NCBI GenBank assembly: GCA_951406725.2 | Contig: OX597830.1 | Location: forward strand, 15,004,001 to 15,068,000 | Source of the DNA: Octopus vulgaris | Taxonomy: Eukaryota | Length of the DNA: 64,000 nt | Direction of reading: 5' to 3' | In this document: positions 15,292-28,545 of the stretch, piece after piece | Numbering within the stretch: the stretch's first letter is position 1 | Layout: every line of letters starts with the position of its first letter | The notes under the pieces: generated by a model | Seen by the model: the letters and a program-made list of their open reading frames with translations, nothing else | The model's database searches: none | Told to the model about the DNA's origin: nothing | Program-made: the position numbers and the translations under genes

Positions 15292-15415
15292 GTAGAAAAA
15301 TACAAACTGGGACAAGAACGTAAAAACACTTAGAAGACGATTCAAAAAACACGGACGGGACATTCGAAGCCTTCAATCTTCAGTCAAGAACCGGATCATC
15401 CTCGCAATTTCGGCT
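15292..15415 (-). mobile_element. Short PLE-like terminal fragment, same family as 4764-4888
   Basis: Shared core; truncated at (TA)n. Confidence 0.55.
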
Positions 15416-15436
15416 ATATATATATATATATATATA

Positions 15437-15728
15437 TAGTTATGAAAAAAGGGGGTCGAATTAATTAATTATTAATAAATTCGACCAAGCAGTATTCGGT
15501 ATGTAAAGACCATTTACGGTATATTTGAAGTATTAATTTATAAAAATATGGTAAAGTAAAAGAATTCACTTTACCACACACTGAACTTTTCAGAAATAGC
15601 ACAATAAATCACTATTGTCTGGAGACTTTTATTTGCAGTTGAAAAAATAGCCAAATTTTTGGCTGGTATTTCTGAAAAGTTCGGTGTGTGGTAAAGTGAA
15701 TTCTTTTACTTTACCATATTTTTATAAA

Positions 15729-15733
<5 letters not shown>
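15437..15733. mobile_element. Inverted pair of a hairpin-rich terminal fragment (PLE-like geometry)
   Basis: 15531-15598 and 15668-15733 are about 68-bp near-perfect inverted repeats; (TA)n on both sides. Confidence 0.6.
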
Positions 15734-15781
<48 letters not shown>

Positions 15782-15852
15782 ATATATATACATGTATATA
15801 TATACATATATACTTATGTATGTACATATGTATGTATGTATATATGTATATA

Positions 15853-15939
<87 letters not shown>

Positions 15940-17483
15940 GTATATGTGTGTGTGTTTCTGTATAACCGTATGTATATGCGCATACCAATATATGTGTCAA
16001 TAGATATATGCGTATATATGCATGTATATATATATGCATGTAATTATGTATGTACGTATGTATGCATATATGTACGTATGTGCGCGTGTATGTAAAACAC
16101 TAAGGATTAAATCTCCATGCTGCAGTGTATTTACATTTGACCACGACGGATAAGATGAACTGAAGATGGTAAGAGGTATTTCCAGCCGTTAATGAAGCGT
16201 ACAGCCACCAGAAAACCGGACATTAAAATGACCAGCAGGATTACACAAAACAGCAGAGAGGAGAATGGAATGGACAGAGCACCATGGCCACCATAGCAAC
16301 CTCGGCTATTTCCGGAGTAAGACCATGAACTGAGGTCACCTCCATAAATCACTATAGTAGGGAGATAGAGAGAGTGATGGTGGGAGTGGCAGATTAGGAG
16401 AGAGAGAGAGAGAAGGAGAGAGGGAGAGAGGGAGAGTAATGATAAATGTAGAAGAGTAGGAAGTAAGATAAAGTAAAATATATACAATGCATTGTTTAAT
16501 ACAGTTGTTCTCAATTGGGGTCAATATGGCCCTTAGGGGTCAATATAAGGTTTTGTTGGGCGATAAATTGCCACAACACAAAATATTTTTTTTTAATTTA
16601 TGCAATTCGTAATAATGATTAATCATAAAAATATAATAGGAGTTCAAATTTTGGCACACGGTCAGCATCTTCGAAGGAGGAACTTAGTCGATTACATCGA
16701 CCCCAGTACTTCACTGGTACTTATTTTATGAGAGTCGTCCCCATTGGGTAAAATACGAATCAAAGGGTTTCATAGGTGAAAGTTAAAATGGTTGAGAACG
16801 AATAGCTCAATACATCGCAAGATATTATAATACACTGAAAATTCGAGTAAAAATGTCGGAAACCTCTTTTGCAGAAGATTGTAATCAGTATTTTCTCTTA
16901 CATCATTCCTTGCTTCTTCAAAAGAGAAAAACAGAGCGGATAATGTTGAATGATGTACAAAAAATATGGAACATCTGGAACATGTTTGAATATTGCTCTG
17001 CTCAAACAGAACTGACCTGGAGCAAAGCTATTACGAGTACAAAATGGAAATGATAGGAAAATGAATTAAGCGAGAGAGAGAGATGGGAAGAAAGTAATGA
17101 TGAATGTAGAAGAGCAGAAAGCAAGAGAAAGTTAAATATATATAATACATTATTTAATAGTTCTTAACCAGGGTCCAAATGGCTCTTACAGATCAATAAA
17201 GGGCTCAATGAAGAGAGACAGTTATTGTTTGGTAGCTAATATTTATTTAAACGCGAAGTGTAACCTAGTGGTTTGTTATCATAGTGGAGACAATTCCTTC
17301 TAGATTTAAGTAGAAGTAAGTTTGAAAGTTTGAAGAGAAAAGAAAGTGTTCAGAATAAACACACTTGAGATTTCTTTTTCCTAAACATTTATATAAATAT
17401 ACCGGTGTTTAAATAGTAATTACTAGAACGAATACAACCTCGATAAAATGTGCAGTGACAACGAAAGGCGACGTAACGAAATA

Positions 17484-17702
17484 TTGGTTTCAAATTTTGG
17501 CACACGATCTGCAGCTTCGAAGGAGGAACTTAGTCGATTTCATCGACCCCAGTACTCCACTGGTACTTATTTTACCGACCTCGAAAGGATGAAAGGTAAA
17601 GCCGATTTAAGCGGAATTTGAACTCAGAACATGACGACAGACGAAATACCACAAAGCATATTGCTCGCCTCGCCAACGATCCTGCCAACCCGCCGGCCTT
17701 AT
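17484..17702 (-). mobile_element. SINE family B (older subtype with GTGCCAAAATTTGAAACC tail)
   Basis: Match to family B body. Confidence 0.85.
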
Positions 17703-17797
17703 TTATGATGAATGTTGATGCAGGAAACGACTGGACTTATAAGACCGCCACTATTCATACTAAAAATTCCATGCGTCACATGAATTAAAGGGCCACA

Positions 17798-18590
17798 TTT
17801 TACTTACTTGTACTTGTGGTGACATTCACCTTGGGCGGGTTGAGTCGGCTTCTTCTACCACCCTCTAGGCATCTTGAACCATGGCAGCCCACGCACGACG
17901 GACCTGCGCCAGTTCACTGGAGATAGCGAGCCAGTCACGGTTCCATCGGCGCAGGCCGACCACCTGTGGTCCCGTGAGCACGGAGAGGTCCTCCTTGATC
18001 GTCGTAACCCAGGTCTTCAGCTGCCCGCCCGCGCGTGTCCGCCAGTTGGGAAGTGGAGTTTGGAGAAGGACATCACGGCTCAGTTCACCCACCGGACACC
18101 TACATGAATGGTCAAACCACCGCAAGCGCCTTTGCAGAAGGACAGATGGAAGGGGCCGCAGAGACAGGTGAAGTCGGAGATTGGCGGAGGGAACTCGATC
18201 CACCCGACGGCAGCGAAAAATGAACCGGAGGCAGTCATTGTCGAAGAATTCAAACCTTCGTTGATCGACCACCCGCACAGGCCACGTTTCACAGCCATAG
18301 AGAAGTAATGCACGAACGATGGCCTGATATATTCGCCCTTTGGTTACCGATGAGATCTCCCTTCGGTCCCACAGACACCGATTTAGGCGTCCAAAGGCAG
18401 ATCGAGCAGCATTGATGCAATGATCCACCTCAGCTGCACCCTGACCGTTTGGGATCACCGTTGAACCCAAGTAGACGAAAGACTCCACATCCTCCAGGTC
18501 CTCGCCCGCGAGAGATATTGACTGCCAGATGTCAGTCGGAACCAACGACCTCATCACCTTCGACTTGGCGAATGTGATCACCTTCGACTT
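17798..18590 (-). mobile_element. 5'-truncated RTE-clade LINE (RT C-terminus; open frame 17865-18581)
   Basis: EDVESFVYLGS...AARSAFGRL...TKGRIYQAIVRALLLYGCETW...RRLRWFDH; short AAGT-type tail. Confidence 0.93.
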
Positions 18591-18879
18591 ACACGTACAG
18601 TGGGGTGGATTTCAAGCTGAAATGTTCATTTTATAAGCTGGCGTATACATTATGAGTAGAAAACAATTCTTTCTAACATCGGATATGTGACAAACGAATT
18701 AGTGTGGCGGATATAACTGTACTGCATTGGTATATAAAACTCTGTATTTCAATAGTGCTTATGCGGAAGGATTAAAGGCAGCCGGGCATGATACGCTATT
18801 TCGTCATAACAGAACTAAATGCCACGAAGCATTTTATTCAACGCTCGAATGATTACGTCAATTCACTGCAGTGTAAAAT

Positions 18880-19490
18880 GATACATACACACACATACAT
18901 ACATACATACATGCATACATGCATACATGCATATATGCATGCATGCATACATACATACATGCATACATACATGCATACATACATACATACATGCATGCAT
19001 ACATACATACATACATACATACATGCATACATGCATACATGCATACATACATATATGCATGCATGCATACATACATACATACATACATACATACATACAT
19101 GCATACATACATACATACATGCATGCATACATACATACATGCATGCATACATGCATACATGCATGCATGCATACATACATACATACATGCATACATACAT
19201 ACATGCATACATACATGCATACATACATACATGCATACATACATGCATGCATACATACATACATACATACATACATGCATACATGCATACATGACATACA
19301 TACATGCATACATGCATACATGACATACATGCATACATACTTACGTACATACATACATACATACATGCATGCATATATACATACATGCATGCATGCATGC
19401 ATACATACATACATACATACATACATACATACATACATACATACATACATGCATACATACATACATACATACATACATACATACATACAT
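18880..19490. repeat. (CATA)n/(CATG) tetranucleotide tract
   Basis: Direct inspection. Confidence 0.97.
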
Positions 19491-20185
19491 TAATGGCTTG
19501 AATCTTTAATCATCTAATTAGCTTTTTACTTTCTGGTTTTGAGAATCCTAATTTCTCAGGATCGGCACTTTGGCAGTTTGTTAGATATCCCAGGTCTTTG
19601 GTAATTACAGGTGTAAACCTAAACTTGTAACCCTGGTAAAGTAGCTGTAAATTTCTCAGCAGTTCAGCATAGTTTTTTTAGAGGCGGGGATGCTTATCTC
19701 TAACTTTATGTTGACGCCCGCTTAGCACTAATTTCCACTATTGTACATTGTCTCTTTTCTCATTCCCAAATCACTATGTGTGGTCTATTATCATTTTCAT
19801 TTTATTTTTTTTTCATTTTATCTAGTTTCAGCTCACGAGCTGTGGCCATGCTGGGGCACCACCATTCGGTATTGCTACATGATTTTACTTCACGAATGCT
19901 TTTTAGCAATTGACATTTGGTGCATGAGAGAGTTTGATGCAACTGCCCTCATTTGCACCTCTTGCCGTGAAGTTGGTGCATCTGGGACACCTGACAGGAA
20001 GAGGTCCAGCTTTATTTTAAAGACATCTGCGTCCACCCCATACAGGTCTCTCAGGTCCTTCGGGAGGATATTGAAGAGCTGTGGACCTCTGTTTACATTT
20101 TATTAAAGTTTGCACTGGGATATTCAATCAGTTTTCTTTCATATCATGAGTGGCTATGATCACTGCTATACTGCATATATACTTA
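19491..20185 (-). mobile_element. Decayed R4/Dong-like LINE fragment (restriction-like endonuclease), split by a CR1 3' end
   Basis: ..NIPVQTLIKCK | NRPHIVIWE*EKRQCTIVEIS...YAELLRNLQLLYQGYKFRFTPVI..LG; the two halves join across the insert. Confidence 0.75.
19792..20091 (-). mobile_element. CR1-group LINE 3' end whose tail matches SINE family A
   Basis: RGPQLFNILPKDLRDLYGVDADVFKIKLDLFLSGVPD; tail GGTGGTGCCCCAGCATGGCCACAGCTCGTGAGCTGAAAC. Confidence 0.85.
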
Positions 20186-20188
20186 GAT

Positions 20189-20246
<58 letters not shown>

Positions 20247-21062
20247 CGTGTGTATGTATATATATGTGACTATATGATTGGTTGTATCGAACGAACAAAA
20301 TAAATGTCTTGATGGAATCGTAAGAGAGAAACCAGATATAGAAGAACGTTTACTAATAAATATACCAATAATGTGATAGCAAATCGCATCTTCTGTAGCT
20401 GCCTGGAGATAACCAGGTTAAGATGGAGAAGAAATAACGAGAAGTGAGATTAGATATGTCCGGTGAAGAAATGTGTTATAGGCGATAAACCTTCTTTAAT
20501 TAGTTACAAGATTACATTATTAGTGGTTGTTAGAGGCTTTTGAAACAGTATAATGTAAGATGACTTTGTCAACGCCTGTTCTTTCTATTTTCTGTTAGTC
20601 ACTTACTGTTACTAGTTGGCGATGTAGAGTTAACCGATGCAGTAAACGATAAGCTATATCTGATCGAATGATAGCGAGTAGGGGTAACACCTAGGGACTG
20701 CATCTGCCTGAGAAACAAACAGTAGACGTGAATGCTAGTATATTTGAAGTAGTAATGCCAGATTATTTTAATTAATTAAAATACTACTCGTGGTGACGAA
20801 AATACCATTATCTTAGTGATTGTTTTATGTCAAGTAAAACAGGGGGAGATAACTCCGTGATTTAAATTGTTTACAATCAATCAAATACAGAATAGAGTAA
20901 AGAATGAATATGATCTTTAACAATACGGTGACAGTCAATCTCATGAGTGAAGTTTAAGTGTTGCTGCGGATAGAGCCATCAAGCGAGTTACGTAGTCACC
21001 TGATCAGCCATAATTAACAAGCAAATTTCTATCAATTAAGACCCTAATATTTTAAAGAAGAT

Positions 21063-21307
21063 GGAAGAACACATTGGCGAAGAGTAGTCCAAGATACACT
21101 TTGCCGAAAAGGGAAGAATACATATAAGAAACGCAGTCCAGGAAACAATGCTCTGAAGAAGGAAGAACACATTGGAAAAATGTAATCCTAGATACACTTT
21201 GCCGAAAAGGGAAGAATACATCTAACAAGAAACGATGTTCTGAAAAAGGAAGAACACATTGGAAAAATGTAGTCCATGATACACTTTGCCGAAAAGAGAA
21301 CACACAA
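21063..21307. repeat. Tandem repeat of about 49-bp units in A-B-A-B-A order
   Basis: GGAAGAACACATTGG...GATACACTTTGCCGAAAAG at about 21063, 21161 and 21248. Confidence 0.8.
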
Positions 21308-22006
21308 AGGAAATGTCCGAGATGCACTATAATGAAAATAAAATACAGAATGATTATGGCTACGATGACGTTAAATAAGGGATCAGCATTGATTTGAGGC
21401 TGAACGAGAACAACAAGGACAATAATAACAACAACTCTGATAACTGAATCGCAATGAAAGATGAGCAATTAACGGCCAAACAATAAAAACTGCAATGTTT
21501 GACTTGTTATAATAAATATTCGTAAGAGTTTGTTGTGTCTGAGAGAGATAAAATGGTAGCATGTATTTTTTTTTTAATTATCGGTTAGCTAGGGGAAAAG
21601 GCAGCGTCCATGCGTCCATGACATTTTACTGAGAGGTGAAACGGAGGGAGATAAGAAGAAGAGAAGAATGATTTCTCAAAAAGCACAGGTCTGGTTCGAA
21701 CGATTGGAACAAGCACCAAAGGTCTAGGTAGGGGCATTAAATCAGTGACAGATTAATTTTACCACCAAAGTAGGTCGCAGCGGGATTTAGGAACCAGGAC
21801 GTCAGGAACCGCAATTAAATACTGCATAGCATTCCATCAGTTCTTCTAACGATTCGGTTAATCACTTGTCGTCGTCGTCGTCGCTGTTGTTATGGTTGAT
21901 AAAGTCATCGAACCATAAATCAGTTCTGATTAGTATACCTGTGATCGAACACGACCCAACGATTATTGTAACGTTATTTAGATGTTACTATATTTCCTTA
22001 TATTTC

Positions 22007-22113
<107 letters not shown>

Positions 22114-22143
22114 TGTATATATATGTATATATATATGTATATA

Positions 22144-22251
<108 letters not shown>

Positions 22252-22665
22252 AATGCCTCCACAAAGATCAATACAATTTTATGTCAAAAGTGTTGAAGCG
22301 GTGTCCATTGAGGTTATATATCATGCATGAGAACTCATTAGCGACCTGACTGACAGAAATGAAGTTGTTCCAAAGTTCCAAATATAATTAAGAAAATGTT
22401 GGCCAAGGATTGTTGAGAAGTGCATAAAAGAACGTGCGAATGTGACCCAATCAGGTGGGAATTGGTGCAATATAATTTCAGGTAAGACTAAACAGAAGAT
22501 GACAACTTACAAAACGCTGAAAATGCAATTGGATTTCGATCTATCTTCCCTTAATTATCTTCCCTTAATACATATGTGTATACGTGTTTTTATATAAATA
22601 TACAAAATTATATATAATATGTATGTGTGTGTGTATGTATGTGTGTGTACATATACGAACCCTTT

Positions 22666-22718
<53 letters not shown>

Positions 22719-23106
22719 TATATATATACTCCATCAAATTTCTTTGTGCCAAATCACAGCATACATTAACTCCTCCGGGTCAAGTATCATTCATTGTAGG
22801 TTAAAACTAAATCTTTTACTCACAACTAGGTGAACCAAAACTTATTCTTACTAAATTATTATGACATCCTTAGATGACAGACTTAACTAATACATCCACA
22901 TATTTTGTTTCTATGATATATCTCACTTTTACTCACTCCGCTTCTTTCATTCGCATAAACTTTGGTCATAGCACTGGCTAAAGTAATTAGTCGTTGAGCA
23001 CTCTCAGAATGAAGAAATCCAATGCTTAAGCGAAAAGCACTCTATATATGATTTATGCATGTAAAATTACCACATCTGTTACTTCGTATATCTATGCATG
23101 TATGCT

Positions 23107-23170
<64 letters not shown>

Positions 23171-23235
23171 GATAATAATAGGGTAATAAGAAATTATTAT
23201 TACCAGTGGCCTAGCACTTATTGTAGTTCTATGTG

Positions 23236-23286
<51 letters not shown>

Positions 23287-24395
23287 GTATAGATAGATAG
23301 ATATACGTACATACATACATACATGCACATTCATCTTTCATAATTTCTATATGTACGAAGCCGTTGCTTAAATAAATATTTATTTTCTTATTTTGTCAAT
23401 GATCTTTGTGATGTTTGCAGACGATAGAAACCGAAGCAGAAGCCTAAAGAAGGATATTAGGAAGAACTCATTGAGAAATAATGGAAAATAAAATTAAACG
23501 TGTAAAGAAATATTTTAGTAACATAACAAATGCAGAAAATGAAAAATAAAACACCAATAAAAAGCAATATATATCAAAAATACAAAATGTATCTTAATAA
23601 GGAAATATGAAATAATGAGAAATGAGGAGAAAAAATTAACGAGATGTTGTGTCACATGAAGATTAAAAGAGAGAAATTCTATGTGGATACAAATGGAAAA
23701 ACTTATATTTAATGGTTTCTCTGAAGAATATATTTTCTCTGCTAAGAATTATTGCAAAATGTGCTAAAGATTATTTGATATAACGAAAGTTTTGTATCAA
23801 TGGAATTGTTATATTCAAGGACTGTATCAAAATTATAAATATTTCTCACTTCCATTTTCCTAATAAACTTCGGAAACCTTCCATTTAGCAGCTGCTCTAA
23901 GAGTAACACGAGTTAATAAACAGAGAGAAATGAGCAGCAGACGAATATGCTATCTCATGATATTTAGTGTTCAAACGAGAAGCTATTGATTAATTACTTA
24001 AAAACAAGATGGAACGAGATATATAGTAACTATGAACTTCTGGCGCTCTTTTAGACAGATGAGCTGATATCCACTTTCAATTTCTGAGGATGTACACATG
24101 TAGGTAACAAAAACAAAAAACAAGCACATTAGGTGAATTTCAGCGGATCACATGCATAAACGATTTAAGGTCAGGGATTTCATCACAGGATGATTCGAGT
24201 ATTGCCTGTTTTATGGTTGAGTGGTCGGTGACTAAACCGGCTCCCCCTCTTGAGTAATTTCCTACCCTTGTCACGAAGGCGTCTAGACACACAGCAGGAG
24301 ACAAAAAGCAAGACCTATTCAAGGGTGGATGTGTTCCTTGTGGGTCAATTGCCATCCAGTTGGGGGAAAGCAATGACCAAACCACCGCATTATCT

Positions 24396-24999
24396 CTTAT
24401 TTCTTTATTGCCCACAAGGGGTTAAACATAGATGGGACAAAACAAGTAAAGACAAAGGGATTAAGTCGATTACATCGACCTCAGTGCGTAGCTGGTATTT
24501 AATTTATCGACTCTGAAAGGATGAAAGGCAAAGTCGACCTCGGCGGAATTTGAACTCAGAACGTAACGGTAGACGAAATACCTATTTCTTTACTACCCTC
24601 ACAGGGCTACACACAGCGGGGACAAACAAGGACAGCCACACGAATTAAGTCGATTACATCGACCCTAGTGCGTAACTGGTACTTAATTTAAAGACCCCGA
24701 AAGGATGAAAGGCAAAGTCGACCTCGACGGAATTTGGACTCAGAACGTAACGGCAGACGAAATACCTACTTCTTTACTACCCTCACAGGGCTACAAACAG
24801 CGGGGACAAACAAGGACAGCCACACGGATTAAGTCGATTACATCGACCCTAGTGCGTAACTGGTACTTAATTTAAAGACCCCGAAAGGATGAAAGGCAAA
24901 GTCGACCTCGACGGAATTTGAACTCAGAACGTAACGGCAGACGAAATACCGCTAAGCATTTCGCTCAGCGTGCTAACGTTTCTGCCAGCTCGCCGCCTT
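24396..24999 (-). mobile_element. SINE B trimer (one full unit plus two head-less units)
   Basis: Three units of about 185 bp with junction GACGAAATAC|CTA(T/C)TTCTTTAC. Confidence 0.92.
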
Positions 25000-25719
25000 A
25001 CCTCTGCAAAGAAAACGCTACAAGAAAGTCAGAATGACTTTATCCGATGGGAAAACTCTCGCTTAATCAGGAAGATTTTCGTTGCAATATCATCAACACG
25101 ATAGAGAAAACGTACGATGCATGACACCAACGACAACAAGCAAAACGTTTAGTGTAAGTTGGAGGGTTGAGATATACAGCAGATGGCTATAGGAAGACAA
25201 CTCGGTGCTATGGCAGTGGTTCGGTGGTGAATGATGGCAGGTAAGTTACTTTAAGAAGCAGTTGTCGTTGAGAGAAGAAATAACAAGTGTCAGATGTAGC
25301 ATACATATTTGGAAGATTCTAGGAGTGGCAGCAGTACCGATGCAGATTTATAAAGAGTCTCACGATTGAACTTGACGTTTCTAGAGAGTCCAACACTTAT
25401 CAAATCTGGACTGTTTCCTTCAGCTGCAGAGCGAGAAGATACGAGAAAAAGAACTTCGAGAAAAGAATCGAGTGTGGAGAGAAAATATGAAAAGCCATTG
25501 GCTAATTCGAGAAATGTTCGAACAAAGTAACAGGGATGATTTGGAGCTCCTAGGACACGACATTAGAAAGGAATAAGGAACATTTAACCACTGAAGATAT
25601 TGTTCAAAACTTGCAGCAAATAAACCAATAACACTTAAATAAATAAACAAATAAAAATGTATAGTTCTATGACCTCGAACATGAAGAGGCCATGCAGTTC
25701 AGGAAAACACTGGAACAAA

Positions 25720-26258
25720 GTCAACAGTTTTGGGTGGAGGGAGCAAGTTGATTACATCGAGCCTGTTGTTCAACAGGTACTAAGTTTATTGACCCCGAAA
25801 GGCAAAGTTGACCCCGGTGGGTTTTGATCTCAGAACGTAAAAATAAGAAGAAATACCTATTTCTTTACTGCCCACAAGGGGCTAAACACAGAGGGGTCAT
25901 ACAAGGACAGACAAACGGATTAAGTCGATCATATCGACCCCAGTGAGTAACTGGTACTTATTTAATCGACCCTGAAAGGATGAAAGGCAAAGTCGACTTC
26001 GACGGAATTTGAACTCAGAACGTAACGGCAGACGAAATACCTATTTCTTTACTACCCACATGGGGCTAAACACAGAGAATTCAAACAAGGACAGACAAAC
26101 GGATTAAGTCGATTATATCGACCCCAGTGCGTAACTGGTACTTATTTAATCAACCCCGAAAGGATGAAAGGCAAAGTCGACCTCGGCGGAATTTTGAACT
26201 CAGAACGTAGCTAAGCAGTTTTTCCGCCGCGGTAACGATTCTGCCAGCTCCCCGTCTT
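25720..26258 (-). mobile_element. SINE B multimer or nested set
   Basis: Same junction at about 25857 and 26040. Confidence 0.88.
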
Positions 26259-26289
26259 GGATTAAAGCAATACTTTTAAGTTAACATGA

Positions 26290-26922
26290 TTGATCAAAAC
26301 TCATTGTAAAGCCTATAATTTGTGAAGACTGTGGAGGTTTGTAGAGAGGACGCATCCATTACTTTGATATGTGTTGTAAGCGGATTCGACTTGTTGAATG
26401 TTAATAAGTTATTTTCTTTCGAAAGGCAAATTTTTCATAAGTTCTTGTTCATAAAAAACAATGCTTGAGTAGTGTGTCTTGTCTGCAAATGAAAGATTTC
26501 CGTGTATGAAAGGTTGAAAGGGTGAAGGTTGACGTCCCAGCAGATGTGTTCATGGTCAGATGTAAAGCGAACTGGTTATTAATGGAGAGAAAAAACATTC
26601 CGCAAGAATATAATCAAATCTTTCAGTACACTAGAACTGACAGAAGAGAAATCCCTCAATGATGAGTGACTTTTTATTAAGAAAAATATACCAAAGAGAG
26701 GGAGAGAGAGAGAGAGGAAGAGAGAAGTGGGGATTGAGATAGTCCTAAGCTCTCGCCTATTCGTAAATCAATCAGAACTTATTCACTGTTTTAACTAACG
26801 ATACATGCGCCTGCTCGCGTAACATCTGTTCTGTTAACCCCACATTGGGGATCATATGATTTCTAACAAATGATATTACACACTCACACACTGATTATTA
26901 ATGTAGAATGCGATGCACACAC

Positions 26923-27020
<98 letters not shown>

Positions 27021-27257
27021 CTTACATTCACATATGTGTGCGTGTATACATACAATCATACATACACATACACATATATGTGTAGGTGTGTTTTTCTTTG
27101 AGATATACTTAGCTTCTTCATGGAATTCAATGTCGGTCGCTAACAAAGTGACAAGACTCTTTCCGTTACGACAGTTCCCGAAGTTTTTAAATGTGAAATT
27201 TGTGTGTTAGCGTATGCACATGCACTTCTGTGTGAACATGTTTCCTTAGTATTCAAG

Positions 27258-27314
<57 letters not shown>

Positions 27315-27540
27315 TCATTTTTAAAGTATCTCAAAGGTACCTTGGAAACTTCACTTTACTGCTAATAGACTGGGTTCGGAAGATACGCATCAGTTTCTGA
27401 GAAAACAATAACTATTTCCAGATTTTTGTACAAAACTATAGTTTCATAGCCTAATGCACATACGAGGATAGACACAAAAGAAAGTTTATAACCAGAGCAC
27501 AAGAGAAGTAAGGACGTTTGTTCTCAACATATTTGATCTC
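26290..27540 (+). pseudogene. Possible highly decayed C2H2 zinc-finger array
   Basis: Remnant motifs KPIICEDCG (about 26309), GEKKH...KSFS (about 26584-26628), HTRIDTKESL* (about 27459, compare HxRIHTGEKPY); many stops and frameshifts. Confidence 0.3.
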
Positions 27541-27692
27541 TATTTCCTATGTCTTTTGCTCCTTATATCAAAGAACAATGTCAGGTCTGTTATAGCTGCA
27601 TCCGATTTCTGTATTTATTCGAATATTCCACAAGCACTGCGTGTTTTTAAAGTTGTAAATGCATTTTGGTCCTAAAAATATAAATGCGCCCT

Positions 27693-27933
27693 TTTTAAAG
27701 CCTAGCAAGGCTCATGGACGCGGTTTCCCGGTTTCTATGGCGTATGTGTTCCCCAGCTGGACGGGACGCCAGTCCATCGCAGCGTTACTCATTTTTCTGA
27801 GTAAGTGGACTGGAGCAACGTGAAATGAAGTGGTTTGCTCATGAACACAACACGTCGCCCGGTCCAGGAATCGAAACCACAATATTTACCATCATGATGC
27901 TGACACCCTAACCACTAAGCCACGCGCCTCCAC
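27693..27933 (-). mobile_element. tRNA-derived SINE, family C relative with CORE-like middle
   Basis: Reverse complement head GGAGGCGCGTGGCTTAGTGGTTAGGG, B box GGTTTCGATTCC; tail shared with 9580-9660. Confidence 0.85.
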
Positions 27934-28257
27934 CAATTTGGTCCTAACTTACTATTAAACGAGCAGTTAAACCATTGGGAGTGAAGGACTCCTAGCTTTT
28001 GTTAGGGCATCCTTCTAGGAGAAGGTAACTCAGGTAACTGGGATAACTCCGACATAAAATCTGTGCCTCAGTGGTTACCGATGATGTTGACTTGTTCTTC
28101 TTTTCGGATTATGGCTGCTGTTGCTTAGTGAGTGGGATTGACTCAGTGCACAGCCTTTTCTCACTTTAAAAAAATCTTCTTGCACAGGCATTGCACGATG
28201 ACAACATTGATTAAGCTTCGCGCAATGGCCATACTCGATAACGAGGGAGCGGCCACC

Positions 28258-28545
28258 ATGTATGTATGTATGCATGCATGTATGTATGCATGCACGCATG
28301 TATGTATGTATGTATGCATGTATGTATGTATGTATGTATGTATGTATGTATGTATGTATGTATGCATGCATGTATGTATGTATGCATGTATGTATGTATG
28401 TATGTATGTATGTATGTATGTATGTATTTATGTATGTATCTATGTATGTATGTATGTATGTATGCATGCATGTATGTATGTATTATGTATGTATGCATGT
28501 ATGTATGTATGTATGTATGTATGTATGTATGTATGTATGTATTGA
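28258..28545. repeat. (TATG)n tract
   Basis: Direct inspection. Confidence 0.97.

Noticed and set aside
17865-18581. 238-aa ORF as a host CDS
   Set aside because: It is the C-terminus of an RTE LINE, 5'-truncated with its own tail.
22340-22490. Possible host exon ending CAG|GTAAGA
   Set aside because: No convincing acceptor or recognisable reading frame. Small host exons in unique stretches (for example 30600-31000, 48600-49400) cannot be excluded without RNA data.
24396-24999. CRISPR-like repeat-spacer array (also 7735-7888 and 21063-21307)
   Set aside because: No unique spacers, no cas genes, eukaryotic context.
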